Source: a virus. From it: a stretch of DNA of 64,000 nt. The notes under the pieces are model-generated. The model made no database searches. It worked only from the letters and a program-made list of their open reading frames with translations, and was not told where the DNA came from. Below are positions 26,975-38,000 of this stretch, piece by piece (position 1 is the first letter of the stretch; every line of letters starts with the position of its first letter). Location: positions 3,173-67,172 of the IMG/VR virus record IMGVR_UViG_3300040770_000181; one strand, written 5' to 3'. The position numbers were made by a program, and so were the translations under genes.

Positions 26975-29900
26975 TTATAATTTTAATGTGTTGATTGAAT
27001 AATTTCTTGCAAAGTTAAAGGAAATTCCTGAAGTTCCACTAGTACCAGATGATCCAAATGTTGTTCCAGATGACCCAGATGTTCCAGTAGTTCCTGCTGT
27101 ACCGCTTGTTCCACTTGTTCCACTAGTTCCTAAAGAAGCAAATATTCCAGCATTTACAGCGTCAACAGTGGGATATTTTGATCCAGAACCATCAGTAACT
27201 AAAGAATCTTGTTTATTAAAAAGATTTTCTTTAACTGTTATATCTGGCACTACAACTTCTGCCCAACCTAAATTTTTTCTTGCATATTGTTTATTATCTG
27301 AAGGAGCCTCTAATACAGGATTAAGTTCTTTTAACTTATCCTCAATAAGAAATGAAGTTGTTTTTTTATTAAGAAGCTCATACTGAGTTGTTTCAATATA
27401 ATTATCTAAATTATATTCAGCAGCACCTGTAGTTTCATTAAAAGTAAGTTGTTTATTGTTTTGTGATATAAAAAATTCATTAAGAAGAGTAATTTGTCCA
27501 GAAACATATCCCAAATATTTTCCAGAACTTAATTGATTTAAACTCAAATATTCTTGTCCAACTGTTCTACTAACAAAACTTGGTGGAACTATAAATACAC
27601 TTCCGTCTGTATTTAAAACTATAGATTTATTAATTGTAACTCCATTATAAGATGTTTGAGAATTATAAGAAGTAAAATTACCTGTTATAAGTAATTTTCC
27701 ATTTGTAGTTAAAACTATTGTAAAAATCTCAAGATTAAAACCAGTTCCTGTTACAAATGAAGTATCTATAGATCCATCTAAATTTAATTTAACAATTCTC
27801 CCTGCTGGTGTACCATTATAGAATGTCATAGTTCTCCCATACACATATAACTTTCCATCAAGAGCATATAATAATCTATGATAATTAGTACCTGTTCCAG
27901 TAACACTAATACCTGTACCAACATTAAAAGTAGTGTCTCTACTACCATTAGAAAGTATTTTAACTATAAGTGGAGAACTAAAACCATTAAATGTAGGAGC
28001 ATAAGTAGTAACATACACTCCACTGCCATCAGCAGCTGCTAATGCATCAGTTACTGCAGACCCGTTACCCCAAACGCCTGTTGCAAAAGTAAGATCTCTA
28101 AGCCCATCAGCGGATATTCTAATTAAATTAGAACCAGCACTTCCTCCAAAAGTAGTAAAAAACCCACATACATAAATTTGTAGGTTATCTGGAGTAAAAG
28201 ACATACCTTGAACACTACCATTTGCACCTCCAAAAGTATTAAAAGCTAAGTCTACTGAACCATCAAGATTAAATCTAGATATTCTATTTTTCCCCACACC
28301 ATTTATTGATGTAAAATCACCTCCTATTAAAAGTTTTTTTGTTACAGGATCTTCTAAAATAGAGTTAGAGGAAAAAGCATTACCATTCATTGCAGTTGGC
28401 GGCTTAAAACTTGAATCTATAAGTCCATCATTTTTTATTTTAATTACATATTGTGCTTGAATTCCAGCATAAGATATAAAATTACCATAAGCATAAAAAC
28501 CACCACCAGTAGCTTGATAAATATCAGCAATAAAATTATTAGTAGGTAAAAATATTCCAGGATTGTAAAAAGTTTTAAGAAGTTGAATTTTATCTGCTGT
28601 CTTATTTACAGTGATAACATCCTGTAAACTTTTTTTAACAAAGGGAATAGTTTTATTATCAAACCATTCTTTGGTTATTACTGATCTTTCTTCTAAATCA
28701 ATTCCAACAATAGTAGAAAAAGGCAACGTAATAGTATTAACACCTAAATTAATTTTATTAGATTTAGTTATTAATCCTTCTTCATTTAAAGTAAGTAAAT
28801 TAGTAAAAGTAATTGGAGGGCTTATTTTAACTAATTTATTAAGAGGTAAAAATACACCAAAAATATTATTTAAAGCATCAACTTCAATATGTCTTAACTC
28901 TTCAGTAGATGATAAAATCTCAGTTATTGCACCAGTTGTTTTAGAAATTTTATGAATTAAATTAGGAGCACCTGTTTCTGGTTTTCTTGATGTAGCTATT
29001 ATATCTTCTTGAGGAGTAAGTGCAGTATAATAAGGTTGATTGCCAACAGGAAATGTAGCCAATGTTGAAAAAACTCCACTAGCAGATATTTTAGACAAAG
29101 TTCGAGTTGAATTTACACTTGCAAAGTATAAATTATTATCTTTATCACATAATGGTCTTGTCCACCAAGCAGTATTAGGAAAAGGTATATTAGATCTTAC
29201 TTTATCAGGAGTCCATTTATCTGCACCACCAGGAGGATATAAATTTTGTACGTATAAATTATCTAAATTATCTAATTTAAAAGGAGCTTTATCATCACTA
29301 GTATAGCCATTAACACTGAAATTTAAATAAGTAGCTACAACTCCAGCAGGAGATATTTTAACAATTTTATCAGTGTCAAAGCTAAGTGAAGGAACTTGAG
29401 CAAATAAATTTCCTTGCTTATCAAATTCCAGAAAACTTACAAATTTTCCTGGAATAGCAAATACTGTTACTACACCACTTTGAGTCATTTTATATATAGT
29501 TCCTGAAACGTAATGTGATATAAAAATATTGCTATTAGCATCAATTACTAAATCAAAATGATCATCATTAAATGGAGTACTTCCTAATACACTACTAGTG
29601 CCATTAGTATTAACTTTATAAACTTTACCTCCTCTAGTTAATACATATGTAATTCCAGTAGTTTTATCTATTTTAAAAGCTCTAAGTTCAGATTGTATAG
29701 TAGCTGGTCCAGGTTCTAATATAATAAAATCTGAAATACTATATGCAGTAGTTTGTAAATTTTTTAATTGGGTAAAAGTCAATCCAGAATTTTCTAAAAT
29801 ACCACTATTAATAATCACAGGTTTTACTACAGAAATGTTGCTAATATTTTCTAAAATACTACTATCAACATAACCTCCATTTAAATATTTAGGTAAATAA

Positions 29901-30442
29901 TTATTAGTACCTTGTGCTGCTGGTATGTCACTTAAAGTAGCTAAAGTGTAAACCCCTCCAGATTTTTTAGGAGCATAAAAGTAATTATTAGCATTTAAAT
30001 CAGGATGTAATAAAAATGTGTTTTGAAAACTATCTCTAACAACATTAAAACCGTAAGTAGTTGGATCAAATGATGCTCTTTGAATTTCTCCAAACCAATC
30101 AATACTACCTGTAAAAGCAGCTACACCTATTCCTATAACAGTTTTACTTTTAAAAGGATTTGTTCCACTTGCATCTAATATAATATTTTTATCAATTGCA
30201 CTATTTCCGTTAGTTAATACAGATTCTAAATTTTGATTTCCTCCTACAGCTAATAAACCTTGATTAACTGCATCAACTGTTGCATATTTAGTTCCAGTAC
30301 CATCAAAAACTAAACTATTTTGTTTGTTAGAAATTTCTTCTTTATTTAATAAAGAAACCCAAGAACCATCTCCTCTTAACCAATTTGATAAATCAGGAGT
30401 GCCTATCATACCTAAATCTGCAATTTTAATTTTACCAGCCAT
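26975..30442 (-). CDS. Tail fibre / receptor-binding protein with NHL-like and delta-60-like beta-propeller repeats, foldon-like motif and short GTS tail
   Basis: WLRGDGSW N-terminus; repeats such as GGDFTSING..RISRFNLDGSVD; EAPSDNKQYARKNLGW; terminal GTSGTS run. Confidence 0.7.
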   Translation of the reverse strand: MAGKIKIADLGMIGTPDLSNWLRGDGSWVSLLNKEEISNKQNSLVFDGTGTKYATVDAVNQGLLAVGGNQNLESVLTNGNSAIDKNIILDASGTNPFKSKTVIGIGVAAFTGSIDWFGEIQRASFDPTTYGFNVVRDSFQNTFLLHPDLNANNYFYAPKKSGGVYTLATLSDIPAAQGTNNYLPKYLNGGYVDSSILENISNISVVKPVIINSGILENSGLTFTQLKNLQTTAYSISDFIILEPGPATIQSELRAFKIDKTTGITYVLTRGGKVYKVNTNGTSSVLGSTPFNDDHFDLVIDANSNIFISHYVSGTIYKMTQSGVVTVFAIPGKFVSFLEFDKQGNLFAQVPSLSFDTDKIVKISPAGVVATYLNFSVNGYTSDDKAPFKLDNLDNLYVQNLYPPGGADKWTPDKVRSNIPFPNTAWWTRPLCDKDNNLYFASVNSTRTLSKISASGVFSTLATFPVGNQPYYTALTPQEDIIATSRKPETGAPNLIHKISKTTGAITEILSSTEELRHIEVDALNNIFGVFLPLNKLVKISPPITFTNLLTLNEEGLITKSNKINLGVNTITLPFSTIVGIDLEERSVITKEWFDNKTIPFVKKSLQDVITVNKTADKIQLLKTFYNPGIFLPTNNFIADIYQATGGGFYAYGNFISYAGIQAQYVIKIKNDGLIDSSFKPPTAMNGNAFSSNSILEDPVTKKLLIGGDFTSINGVGKNRISRFNLDGSVDLAFNTFGGANGSVQGMSFTPDNLQIYVCGFFTTFGGSAGSNLIRISADGLRDLTFATGVWGNGSAVTDALAAADGSGVYVTTYAPTFNGFSSPLIVKILSNGSRDTTFNVGTGISVTGTGTNYHRLLYALDGKLYVYGRTMTFYNGTPAGRIVKLNLDGSIDTSFVTGTGFNLEIFTIVLTTNGKLLITGNFTSYNSQTSYNGVTINKSIVLNTDGSVFIVPPSFVSRTVGQEYLSLNQLSSGKYLGYVSGQITLLNEFFISQNNKQLTFNETTGAAEYNLDNYIETTQYELLNKKTTSFLIEDKLKELNPVLEAPSDNKQYARKNLGWAEVVVPDITVKENLFNKQDSLVTDGSGSKYPTVDAVNAGIFASLGTSGTSGTSGTAGTTGTSGSSGTTFGSSGTSGTSGISFNFARNYSINTLKL

Positions 30443-30443
30443 T

Positions 30444-30812
30444 TTATGTTGTTGTTATTATGGTTATAGAAGACAAACTATTTAGATATTCTTCTTTTTT
30501 ACTACTATATTCATTTTTAGCACATTCTCTTAAATGTAATATGTTTAAAGGAATATCTGTTCCATTTATAATTTTCCTTTCTATAGCTTCTTGCAATCCT
30601 TGAATATTAGAAATGCATTGACTACAATCTTCTCTAAGTAAGTTTATATTATATTCCACTTCAAGATCTGTCAAATTCTCAGTAAAATTTACAGGATTTC
30701 CACTTAATACATACTCTTTATATTCAGGATATAAAGGAGAACTTTCATTCATAGGAATAAACACATTGTTTTCATCTATTATATACCCACTTTTTGTTGA
30801 AAAATATTTCAT
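30444..30812 (-). CDS. Putative tail fibre assembly/chaperone-like protein
   Basis: FIPMNESSPLYPEYKEY pattern; lies between two fibre genes. Confidence 0.45.
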   Translation of the reverse strand: MKYFSTKSGYIIDENNVFIPMNESSPLYPEYKEYVLSGNPVNFTENLTDLEVEYNINLLREDCSQCISNIQGLQEAIERKIINGTDIPLNILHLRECAKNEYSSKKEEYLNSLSSITIITTT

Positions 30813-30822
30813 AATTTAAATT

Positions 30823-33800
30823 TTATTGATCGGTTTCTATATACATTGAACAAATGTCTAATCCCACTGCTAATGCTGTTGCATTATTAGTTCGCCATGC
30901 TCTAGGAGTAAGTAATATAGTTGAATTAGAAATTTGTGTAGTTGGTGTTAAATTAAGCACTCCTGTTACTGTTACTTGTGTTCCTAAATTTTTAATTTCA
31001 TACCCTATTCTACCAGCAAAGTTAGGATATGAAAATAATACAATATCCCAAGCGGTATTTGTTAATGTTGGTGCTCCTAATGCTGTACCCATAGGAATAG
31101 GAGTTTGTGCAATAGATCCTCCATAAAAAAAGTACCATTGTGTAGCATCAGTAGATAATTGTCCAAATCCCATTGCATTTAATAATGTACTTGGTTCAAC
31201 ATTAGTAGGAGAAGATACGTTACCGTGCATTCCTATAAACATTCTTGCTCCTGCAACAACAGCTGCATCTGAAATTACAATTCTTTCCATATAAGTAAAC
31301 CCACCAAGACCTGTTCCATCCCCTGTAGTAAATTGAGACCCCGTTGCTGCATAAAAATGTCCACATAAACCTCCAGCAGTTGCTACTGAAACATAACCTA
31401 ATCTTTTAATTCTTGTAGCAATATTTGTTACAGCAACGTTTCTTGTTGTAGCTGTACCAACAACAACTGCTGTAGAAACCCCTGTTTGTATAGGAGCTGT
31501 TGTTGCATTTCCTAAAGGTTGCCAATAAACTGCTCTGTTTCTTCCCCAATGAGGTTGTAATACAGAGTCTAAACCAGATGGAGCAATAAAAGCAGGAAGT
31601 AATCTTCCACCTACAGATCTAGCAAAAATAGATAATGCTCCTAATGGTGGTATTGGAGGAGTAACAACAGTAGCATTTAAATTTAAAGAATTATTTGTAT
31701 CATCATAAATACAAACATCTATAATACTCCAAGCTCCTGCAACAGCAACACCTATACGAAGTGCTTGCCCTGGTAATAATATAAAAGGAAGATTAATAGC
31801 AAGTCCGTCTATAGTTTCCCCTGTTGCAGGATAAACATCTAATGTGTTTAAACCACTATTTACAACAGTAATCATATCACTTAAAACTGCAGATGGTAAT
31901 ATTACACCACTATCTAAAGGAGTAGTTGTTATTGTATTTACTTTAGCAGTTAATAATAACGCATTTCCTTGTACAGTCCCTGTTGCAGCTAAAGATGTAT
32001 TATAAGTAAAACTATACCCACCACCACCAGCACCAGATGTACCAGAAGTACCTGTTAACCCTGAACTACCCGAAGTACCAGCAGTTCCAGAAGTTCCAAC
32101 AGCACCTGTTAATCCAGAAGAACCAGATGTACCTGTAGTTCCACTAATTCCGCTAGTTCCAGAAGTACCAACAACACCATTTACACCATTTGTTCCACTA
32201 GTTCCACTTGTACCTGTACCTCCATTTAAACCAGAAGTTCCAGATGTTCCAGTAGTACCTGATGTGCCATTTACACCTGTTAAACCACTAGTTCCTGTTG
32301 TACCTGAACTACCACTAGTTCCTGTAAGCCCTGATGATCCAGAGGTTCCCGATGTACCAAGACTAAGACCTGATGAACCACTTGTTCCAGTAGTTCCTGA
32401 CGTTCCACTAGTACCAATTGCTCCATTAATCCCAGAAGTTCCACTAGTGCCACTAGTTCCTTCAACACCGTTAATACCACTAGTCCCTGATGTACCAGTA
32501 ATACCAGAAGTTCCACTTGTACCGCTAGTACCACTTGTACCTACAATTCCATTAATACCACTTGTACCAGATGTGCCAGATGTTCCTGTTACGCCATTAA
32601 TTCCACTAGTGCCAGATGTGCCACTAGTTCCATTTACTCCAGAAGTACCTGAAGTTCCTGTTGTGCCACTTGACCCTGATACTCCATTTATTCCAGAAGT
32701 ACCAGAAGTACCACTTGTTCCAGATATACCAGAAGTACCTGTTAATCCACTTGTTCCATTAACACCAGAAGTGCCTGTTAAACCAGAACTACCAGATGTC
32801 CCTGTTGTACCACTTGTTCCTAAAACACCATTAACACCACTTGAGCCACTTGTGCCTGAAGTTCCAGAAGTACCAGAAATTGCACTAGTTCCTGAACTAC
32901 CACTAGTTCCTATTAATCCATTAAGTCCAGAAGTTCCTGATGTGCCATTACTGCCAGTAATTCCACTTGTTCCAGTAATTCCACTTGTTCCATTTAATCC
33001 AGATGTGCCAGAGCTTCCAGAAGTTCCATTAGAACCTGCAGGTCCTTGAGATCCAACAAAAATATTACTTCTTACATAAGAAACACTGTTTGTTCCATCG
33101 TAAGTTAAACATATATTTCTTGGACCACCACCTGCAGTTTTTAATGCAAAATATTTAACAATTAATCTATCAGTAGTTAATAAAGTAAATCCTGGTTGTG
33201 TTATTGTAGAAGTATAAAGAGTTGTAACAAGCCCCATTATATCTCCTGTAGATCCTGAAAATAATTGAGTTTCCGTTCCACCTAAATCTCTTTTATATAC
33301 ACGAATAACTATTTCATTAGTTCCTCCAGAAGAATCAATATTAGCATATGTTCTAAATACCCATGGACCTGCTGGAATTTCCTCAACTCCTGGTTTACCT
33401 GATATTGTTACAAAAGATTGAATTAAAACTTCTCCACTAGACGTAGTTATAGACTGACAATTTGTTATTTCTGTATTAACAGGAACAAAAAGTCGTAAAT
33501 CTTTATAAGGAACAATATCAGAATTGACATTGTGTAAATACCAAAATTGAGGAATAGCCTGGTCTCCATTTAAACCAGAAGTACCTGCACTTCCACTAGT
33601 ACCACTAGAACCACTAGTACCACTAGATCCACTGGATCCTGCAGTACCACTACTGCCTGTTGTTCCAGACGTAGCAGATGTTCCAGATGTTCCTGTTGTA
33701 CCAGATGTACCTGTTGTACCACTTGTGCCATTTAAAGCAGAAGTTCCTGAAGTTCCATTTGTACCATTTATAGCGGATGTTCCTGATGTACCATTTATTC

Positions 33801-35004
33801 CAGAGCTACCAGATGTTCCTGAACTTCCAGATGTTCCAGTAGTTCCATTAATACCAGATGTTCCTGAAGTACCATTAATACCTGAAGACCCACTAGTTCC
33901 AGTTGTTCCTGAACTACCTGATATACCATTAGTTCCATTTACAGCACTAGTTCCACTAGTTCCTGTTGTACCTGAAGTACCATTATTTCCAGTTGAGCCA
34001 CTTGATCCACTTGTTCCACTTGTTCCAGTTGTTCCACTTGTTCCAGTTAAACCACTACTTCCTGACGTTCCTGAAGTGCCTGTAGTTCCACTAGTACCAT
34101 TTGTTCCGTTAATTCCATTAATACCACTAATTCCACTTGTTCCTGATGTACTACTAGTCCCAGAGGTTCCATTAGTCCCTAAAACAGAAATTCCACTTGT
34201 ACCAGAAGTTCCTAGTGTTCCATTAATTCCTGAACTTCCTGAACTTCCTGAAGATCCTCCATCTGTTGATACATTGTAATAAACAAATAAAGATTGAGAA
34301 GGGTCAGGAGCAGTAACCATAGTTATTGTATTTCCTAAAACTGTATAATCTATTCCATTATATTGTGTAACACCATTTTGAATTACTATAACTGCTGCTG
34401 GATTGGTAGGAATCTCTAATAAAGTAAAAATTTTATTAACACCATCTATAATTCCAATAGGAGTTTCTGATTTTGTAATACTTGAACTTCCAGAACTTCC
34501 TGACGTTCCTGTTGTACCAGATGTACCATCAAATCCTTCTTTACCATTAGTTCCTGATGTACCATCAATTCCTGAAGTACCTGATGTGCCAGTTAAACCA
34601 CTAGAGCCACTTGTTCCAACAGATCCGCTTGTTCCTGCTGAACCACTTGTTCCATTAACGCCACTACTACCAGAAGTTCCATCTGATCCATTTATACCAC
34701 TAGTACCATTTATACCAGAAGTTCCATCTACTCCACTAGTCCCATCTACTCCAGTGGTACCATCTAAACCATTAATACCTGATGTACCTGATTCACCAGA
34801 AGTTCCACTAGTGCTAGATAATCCTGAAGAACCAGAAGTTCCTGCAGAGCCTGAAGTTAATAAAGCAAGATCTATTTTTTCTAATGCTGTCTGAAAAGAA
34901 TCATTAGTATTAATACCTGTATAAATAAGATTAGCCCCCTCGTAAAAAACGCATTGGGAGCTAAGAATTATTGGGCAAGCATCTGGTGTACAAATTATTG
35001 ACAT
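30823..35004 (-). CDS. Tail fibre with three long Gly-Thr-Ser collagen-like blocks separated by globular domains
   Basis: Gly-X-Y periodicity ([12 protein letters not shown]) over roughly half of 1393 aa; Cys-containing N-terminus; globular C-terminus. Confidence 0.8.
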   Translation of the reverse strand: MSIICTPDACPIILSSQCVFYEGANLIYTGINTNDSFQTALEKIDLALLTSGSAGTSGSSGLSSTSGTSGESGTSGINGLDGTTGVDGTSGVDGTSGINGTSGINGSDGTSGSSGVNGTSGSAGTSGSVGTSGSSGLTGTSGTSGIDGTSGTNGKEGFDGTSGTTGTSGSSGSSSITKSETPIGIIDGVNKIFTLLEIPTNPAAVIVIQNGVTQYNGIDYTVLGNTITMVTAPDPSQSLFVYYNVSTDGGSSGSSGSSGINGTLGTSGTSGISVLGTNGTSGTSSTSGTSGISGINGINGTNGTSGTTGTSGTSGSSGLTGTSGTTGTSGTSGSSGSTGNNGTSGTTGTSGTSAVNGTNGISGSSGTTGTSGSSGINGTSGTSGINGTTGTSGSSGTSGSSGINGTSGTSAINGTNGTSGTSALNGTSGTTGTSGTTGTSGTSATSGTTGSSGTAGSSGSSGTSGSSGTSGSAGTSGLNGDQAIPQFWYLHNVNSDIVPYKDLRLFVPVNTEITNCQSITTSSGEVLIQSFVTISGKPGVEEIPAGPWVFRTYANIDSSGGTNEIVIRVYKRDLGGTETQLFSGSTGDIMGLVTTLYTSTITQPGFTLLTTDRLIVKYFALKTAGGGPRNICLTYDGTNSVSYVRSNIFVGSQGPAGSNGTSGSSGTSGLNGTSGITGTSGITGSNGTSGTSGLNGLIGTSGSSGTSAISGTSGTSGTSGSSGVNGVLGTSGTTGTSGSSGLTGTSGVNGTSGLTGTSGISGTSGTSGTSGINGVSGSSGTTGTSGTSGVNGTSGTSGTSGINGVTGTSGTSGTSGINGIVGTSGTSGTSGTSGITGTSGTSGINGVEGTSGTSGTSGINGAIGTSGTSGTTGTSGSSGLSLGTSGTSGSSGLTGTSGSSGTTGTSGLTGVNGTSGTTGTSGTSGLNGGTGTSGTSGTNGVNGVVGTSGTSGISGTTGTSGSSGLTGAVGTSGTAGTSGSSGLTGTSGTSGAGGGGYSFTYNTSLAATGTVQGNALLLTAKVNTITTTPLDSGVILPSAVLSDMITVVNSGLNTLDVYPATGETIDGLAINLPFILLPGQALRIGVAVAGAWSIIDVCIYDDTNNSLNLNATVVTPPIPPLGALSIFARSVGGRLLPAFIAPSGLDSVLQPHWGRNRAVYWQPLGNATTAPIQTGVSTAVVVGTATTRNVAVTNIATRIKRLGYVSVATAGGLCGHFYAATGSQFTTGDGTGLGGFTYMERIVISDAAVVAGARMFIGMHGNVSSPTNVEPSTLLNAMGFGQLSTDATQWYFFYGGSIAQTPIPMGTALGAPTLTNTAWDIVLFSYPNFAGRIGYEIKNLGTQVTVTGVLNLTPTTQISNSTILLTPRAWRTNNATALAVGLDICSMYIETDQ
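32020..33050 (-). repeat. GTS Gly-X-Y repeat block 3
   Basis: Degenerate 9-nt tandem repeats. Confidence 0.9.
33565..34260 (-). repeat. GTS Gly-X-Y repeat block 2
   Basis: Degenerate 9-nt tandem repeats. Confidence 0.9.
34481..34858 (-). repeat. GTS Gly-X-Y repeat block 1
   Basis: Degenerate 9-nt tandem repeats encoding GTS/GSS/GID triplets. Confidence 0.9.
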
Positions 35005-35023
35005 CTATATTTTTATTAAATTG

Positions 35024-38000
35024 TTATTGTCTTGATTGAGTAGTCACTTTTATTCCCATTTCTTTTGCATATTCTGGAGCTACATAAGGTAAAACTTCTG
35101 TTTGAAGTTGTGACAGAATTGGTACAAGGCTAATGACAGCTTTTAAACCATGTGCTTTTTTGTGGTCTTCTGTAAATTCTTTTGCAACTTGCATTATAAC
35201 TCTTTCTGCTTTTGAAATTAAACCTAAAGAAGGTAAAATAGAACCTTGTGTCATACTTTGAAAAGATACAGGACTGTAATAAAAAGTAATTTCATCTGTA
35301 ATTTTATTAATCATTTTTAAAACAAACTTGTATTGATTCTTTGTTATCTTACTTTCATCTTCTGGAGGATCAACAATTTTTGCTGTTAATATAATACCCA
35401 TCATAGAAAACAAAACACCTAATTCTTTCATTTCATTACTTAATTCTTTTCTTACTAAGTCATAAAATTCTTCTTGAGTAATTTCTAACTCTTGCCCTGT
35501 TTTAAGAAAATATTCTCTTTTCTTATTTTCAAGCATTTCATCTAAAATTTTTAATCCTTCTTCTGTTCCTGAAATAATATCACGCATTTTGCTAATATTT
35601 CCTAATCCCAGTTGTTGCCAAGTTTTAAAAAAGAGTCTCACTCTACCATATTCCCATTCTCCTAATTGAGAATTTTTATCTATATCAGTTATTCTGTCTC
35701 CAAGTAATTTAGGCATCCACGTTTTAAACATCATAAAAGAAGAAAAAATAGCATCTCGTCTATATCCTGCTTTATTATCTGTATTCATTTGCCCATTTAG
35801 TTTTCTTCCAAATTCAACAATGCTTGTTCTAAATTTAGCTAATTCTTCTAAACTAACACCAGGAATTACCACTTCATTGTTTTCAATTTTAGCAAGAGTT
35901 AACAAAGACTCTTTTTTCATTTCAGCAGCTCTAGCCTCAAAAGAATCTTCTAATGTTTTTCTATCTTGTTCAGACAATGTATATTTAGTTTGTCTGTCTT
36001 TTTCTTTAAGAAATTGTCTAATATTAACAATTTTACCGTTAACAATAGTAGAGTTTTCTATAAAAGATAAAGCATTTGCTAACTGTAATTTCTTTTCAGG
36101 AAAAGCATTTGTAATCATCATCACATCACTAAAAGACCATGTAGATAAATAAGCACTTATCCCTTGTTTTTTTGCTATTTTTCTTCTTTCTTCATCAGTA
36201 ATGTTATCATTTAAAGGAACAAATAAATCTAACAAGCCTGTTTCAATTTCAGAAATATTTCCAACAGTAACTCTTGCATTGTTTCTTTCAAATTGTCCCC
36301 ATGTATACACTCCTCCAGAATTAATAAACATTTGAAATTGGTTACCAAACCAGTTAGCAATAGCAATTAACGGTTTTAAACCTACAGCAATTGCTCTTGT
36401 GTATGTATCAAGATTGTGTATTGTTTTTTTTACGTTAGTAGAATACTTAGCTTTTTGTTCATCTGTTTTTCCTGCTTTATTTGCAAATGCTGTAATTCCT
36501 TTATTAAAAGTTGTTCCCAAGTCTTGTCCTAAATTATACAAAGCATCTTCAGCTATCACTTTCATAATATCTGCATTTTTGTTTTCGTTCTTGTTTACTT
36601 TAGGGTTCATAGAACTATCAAAAATAACTTGATTGTTTTCATCTAACATTAAAGAACCTTTTGCTTTTTCCACTTCCAATAAAACTTTAAAAGTATCTTC
36701 TAATGAATCAGCTTTTTCATAATCTAATAAAGCTTTTATCCATAAAGCTCCCACTCTATTTAAATCAGTAGATAATTGTCTTACTTCTTTATCTGTTCTT
36801 GTAAAGTATTTAGGTATTGCTCTTACTGGTTGACCAGTTTCAGGATCAATTTTTGACATACCTTGCTCTTCATTGATTTTAGTAGTATACAATCCTCTAA
36901 AAACATCTGCAGTTTCTGATAAAACATTAGAAGCAGACCCCATTTTTTGTAGAATAGTAGCTTCAATTAATGGAAAAAAAGAAGAATCTCTTTTATTAAA
37001 ATATCCTATTTCTTTTGCTTTTTCATTTAAATTTGTAAAGTACTCCCACATGTTAAGAGCATGCTCTCTACCCTTTAAAGTTTTATATTCAGGAGAATAA
37101 TGTGGTTCTTCAATTATTGTTTGTTTAAACAGCTCATTAAAATAATAAGAATCATATCCATTAAAAGTTGGAAGATCAATAAAAATTTCATTACGAAGAT
37201 TTTTTAATCTGTATTCTTTTATACTTTCATTCTCTTCTTCATCAGCAGAAAATGTAGTGTTTTCAATAGTAGTAGAGTTAGCTAAAAATAATTCATTTGC
37301 TAATCTTTTATATTCTGTTTTATTTATATTGTCTAAGAAAAACTGTTTGTTTTTATTTTCTTTAGCATCTGAAACATCTTTGTAAAATTTAGGATCAAGT
37401 TTTTTAATTAAATTTAAACCTGTTTCACTCATTGTTCCAATTAAATCAAATGCTTTTTTACCTATTTTTGATGCTTCTTCTTCTAAAGGAACTAATAGTT
37501 TTCCAAAAGTATCCATTTGTTTAGCATATGCAATGTTAACTAAAGACCCAGCATTTATATTTAAATTTGCTACAAGTTTAATTAACTTAGCAGACAGCTT
37601 AGATGCTTCTTCCCATGTTTTAGAAAACCCACTAATAGCTACTTCAGGTTTTAAAGCACTTTCTGCATTGTCTACAATACCTTCTTTTACAGCAAGTTGC
37701 CCAGCATATATTCTCATAAGATCTATAATCTTATTTTGCATAATTTTTGTAGAGTCTGTAGCGTATTTTAATCTTTGTAAAGTTTTTTTGTTTTCTGCTG
37801 TTAGACTTTCTTTAGGGTATTGTGATAAAAACACTTCATCCATAGAAGCAAACTTTTCTCCACTTTTTTGATAATCTAGTAAATTTTGTAAGTGTGCTTT
37901 TATTTCACCCTTAGTCATTGTTGAATAATCTGCATTTTGAAGACTGTCTATAGTTTGTTTAGCACTATTTAAAAATTCTTCAGCTACAGTGTATAAAGGA

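Noticed and set aside
32020-34858. Possible CRISPR array or DNA-level satellite
   Set aside because: The periodicity is 9 nt with synonymous variation inside an ORF; there are no identical repeats with unique spacers and no cas genes.
32264-34894. Long + strand Pro/Val/Glu-rich ORFs (32264-33049, 33725-34279, 34403-34894)
   Set aside because: These are antisense shadows of the GTS repeats: reverse-complemented GGN/ACN/AGT codons lack stops. They coincide exactly with the repeat blocks and have no independent promoter or leader.
25750-35004. Diversity-generating retroelement acting on fibre tips
   Set aside because: No reverse transcriptase and no near-identical TR/VR pair differing at adenines in this window; the paralogous C-terminal domains are too diverged.
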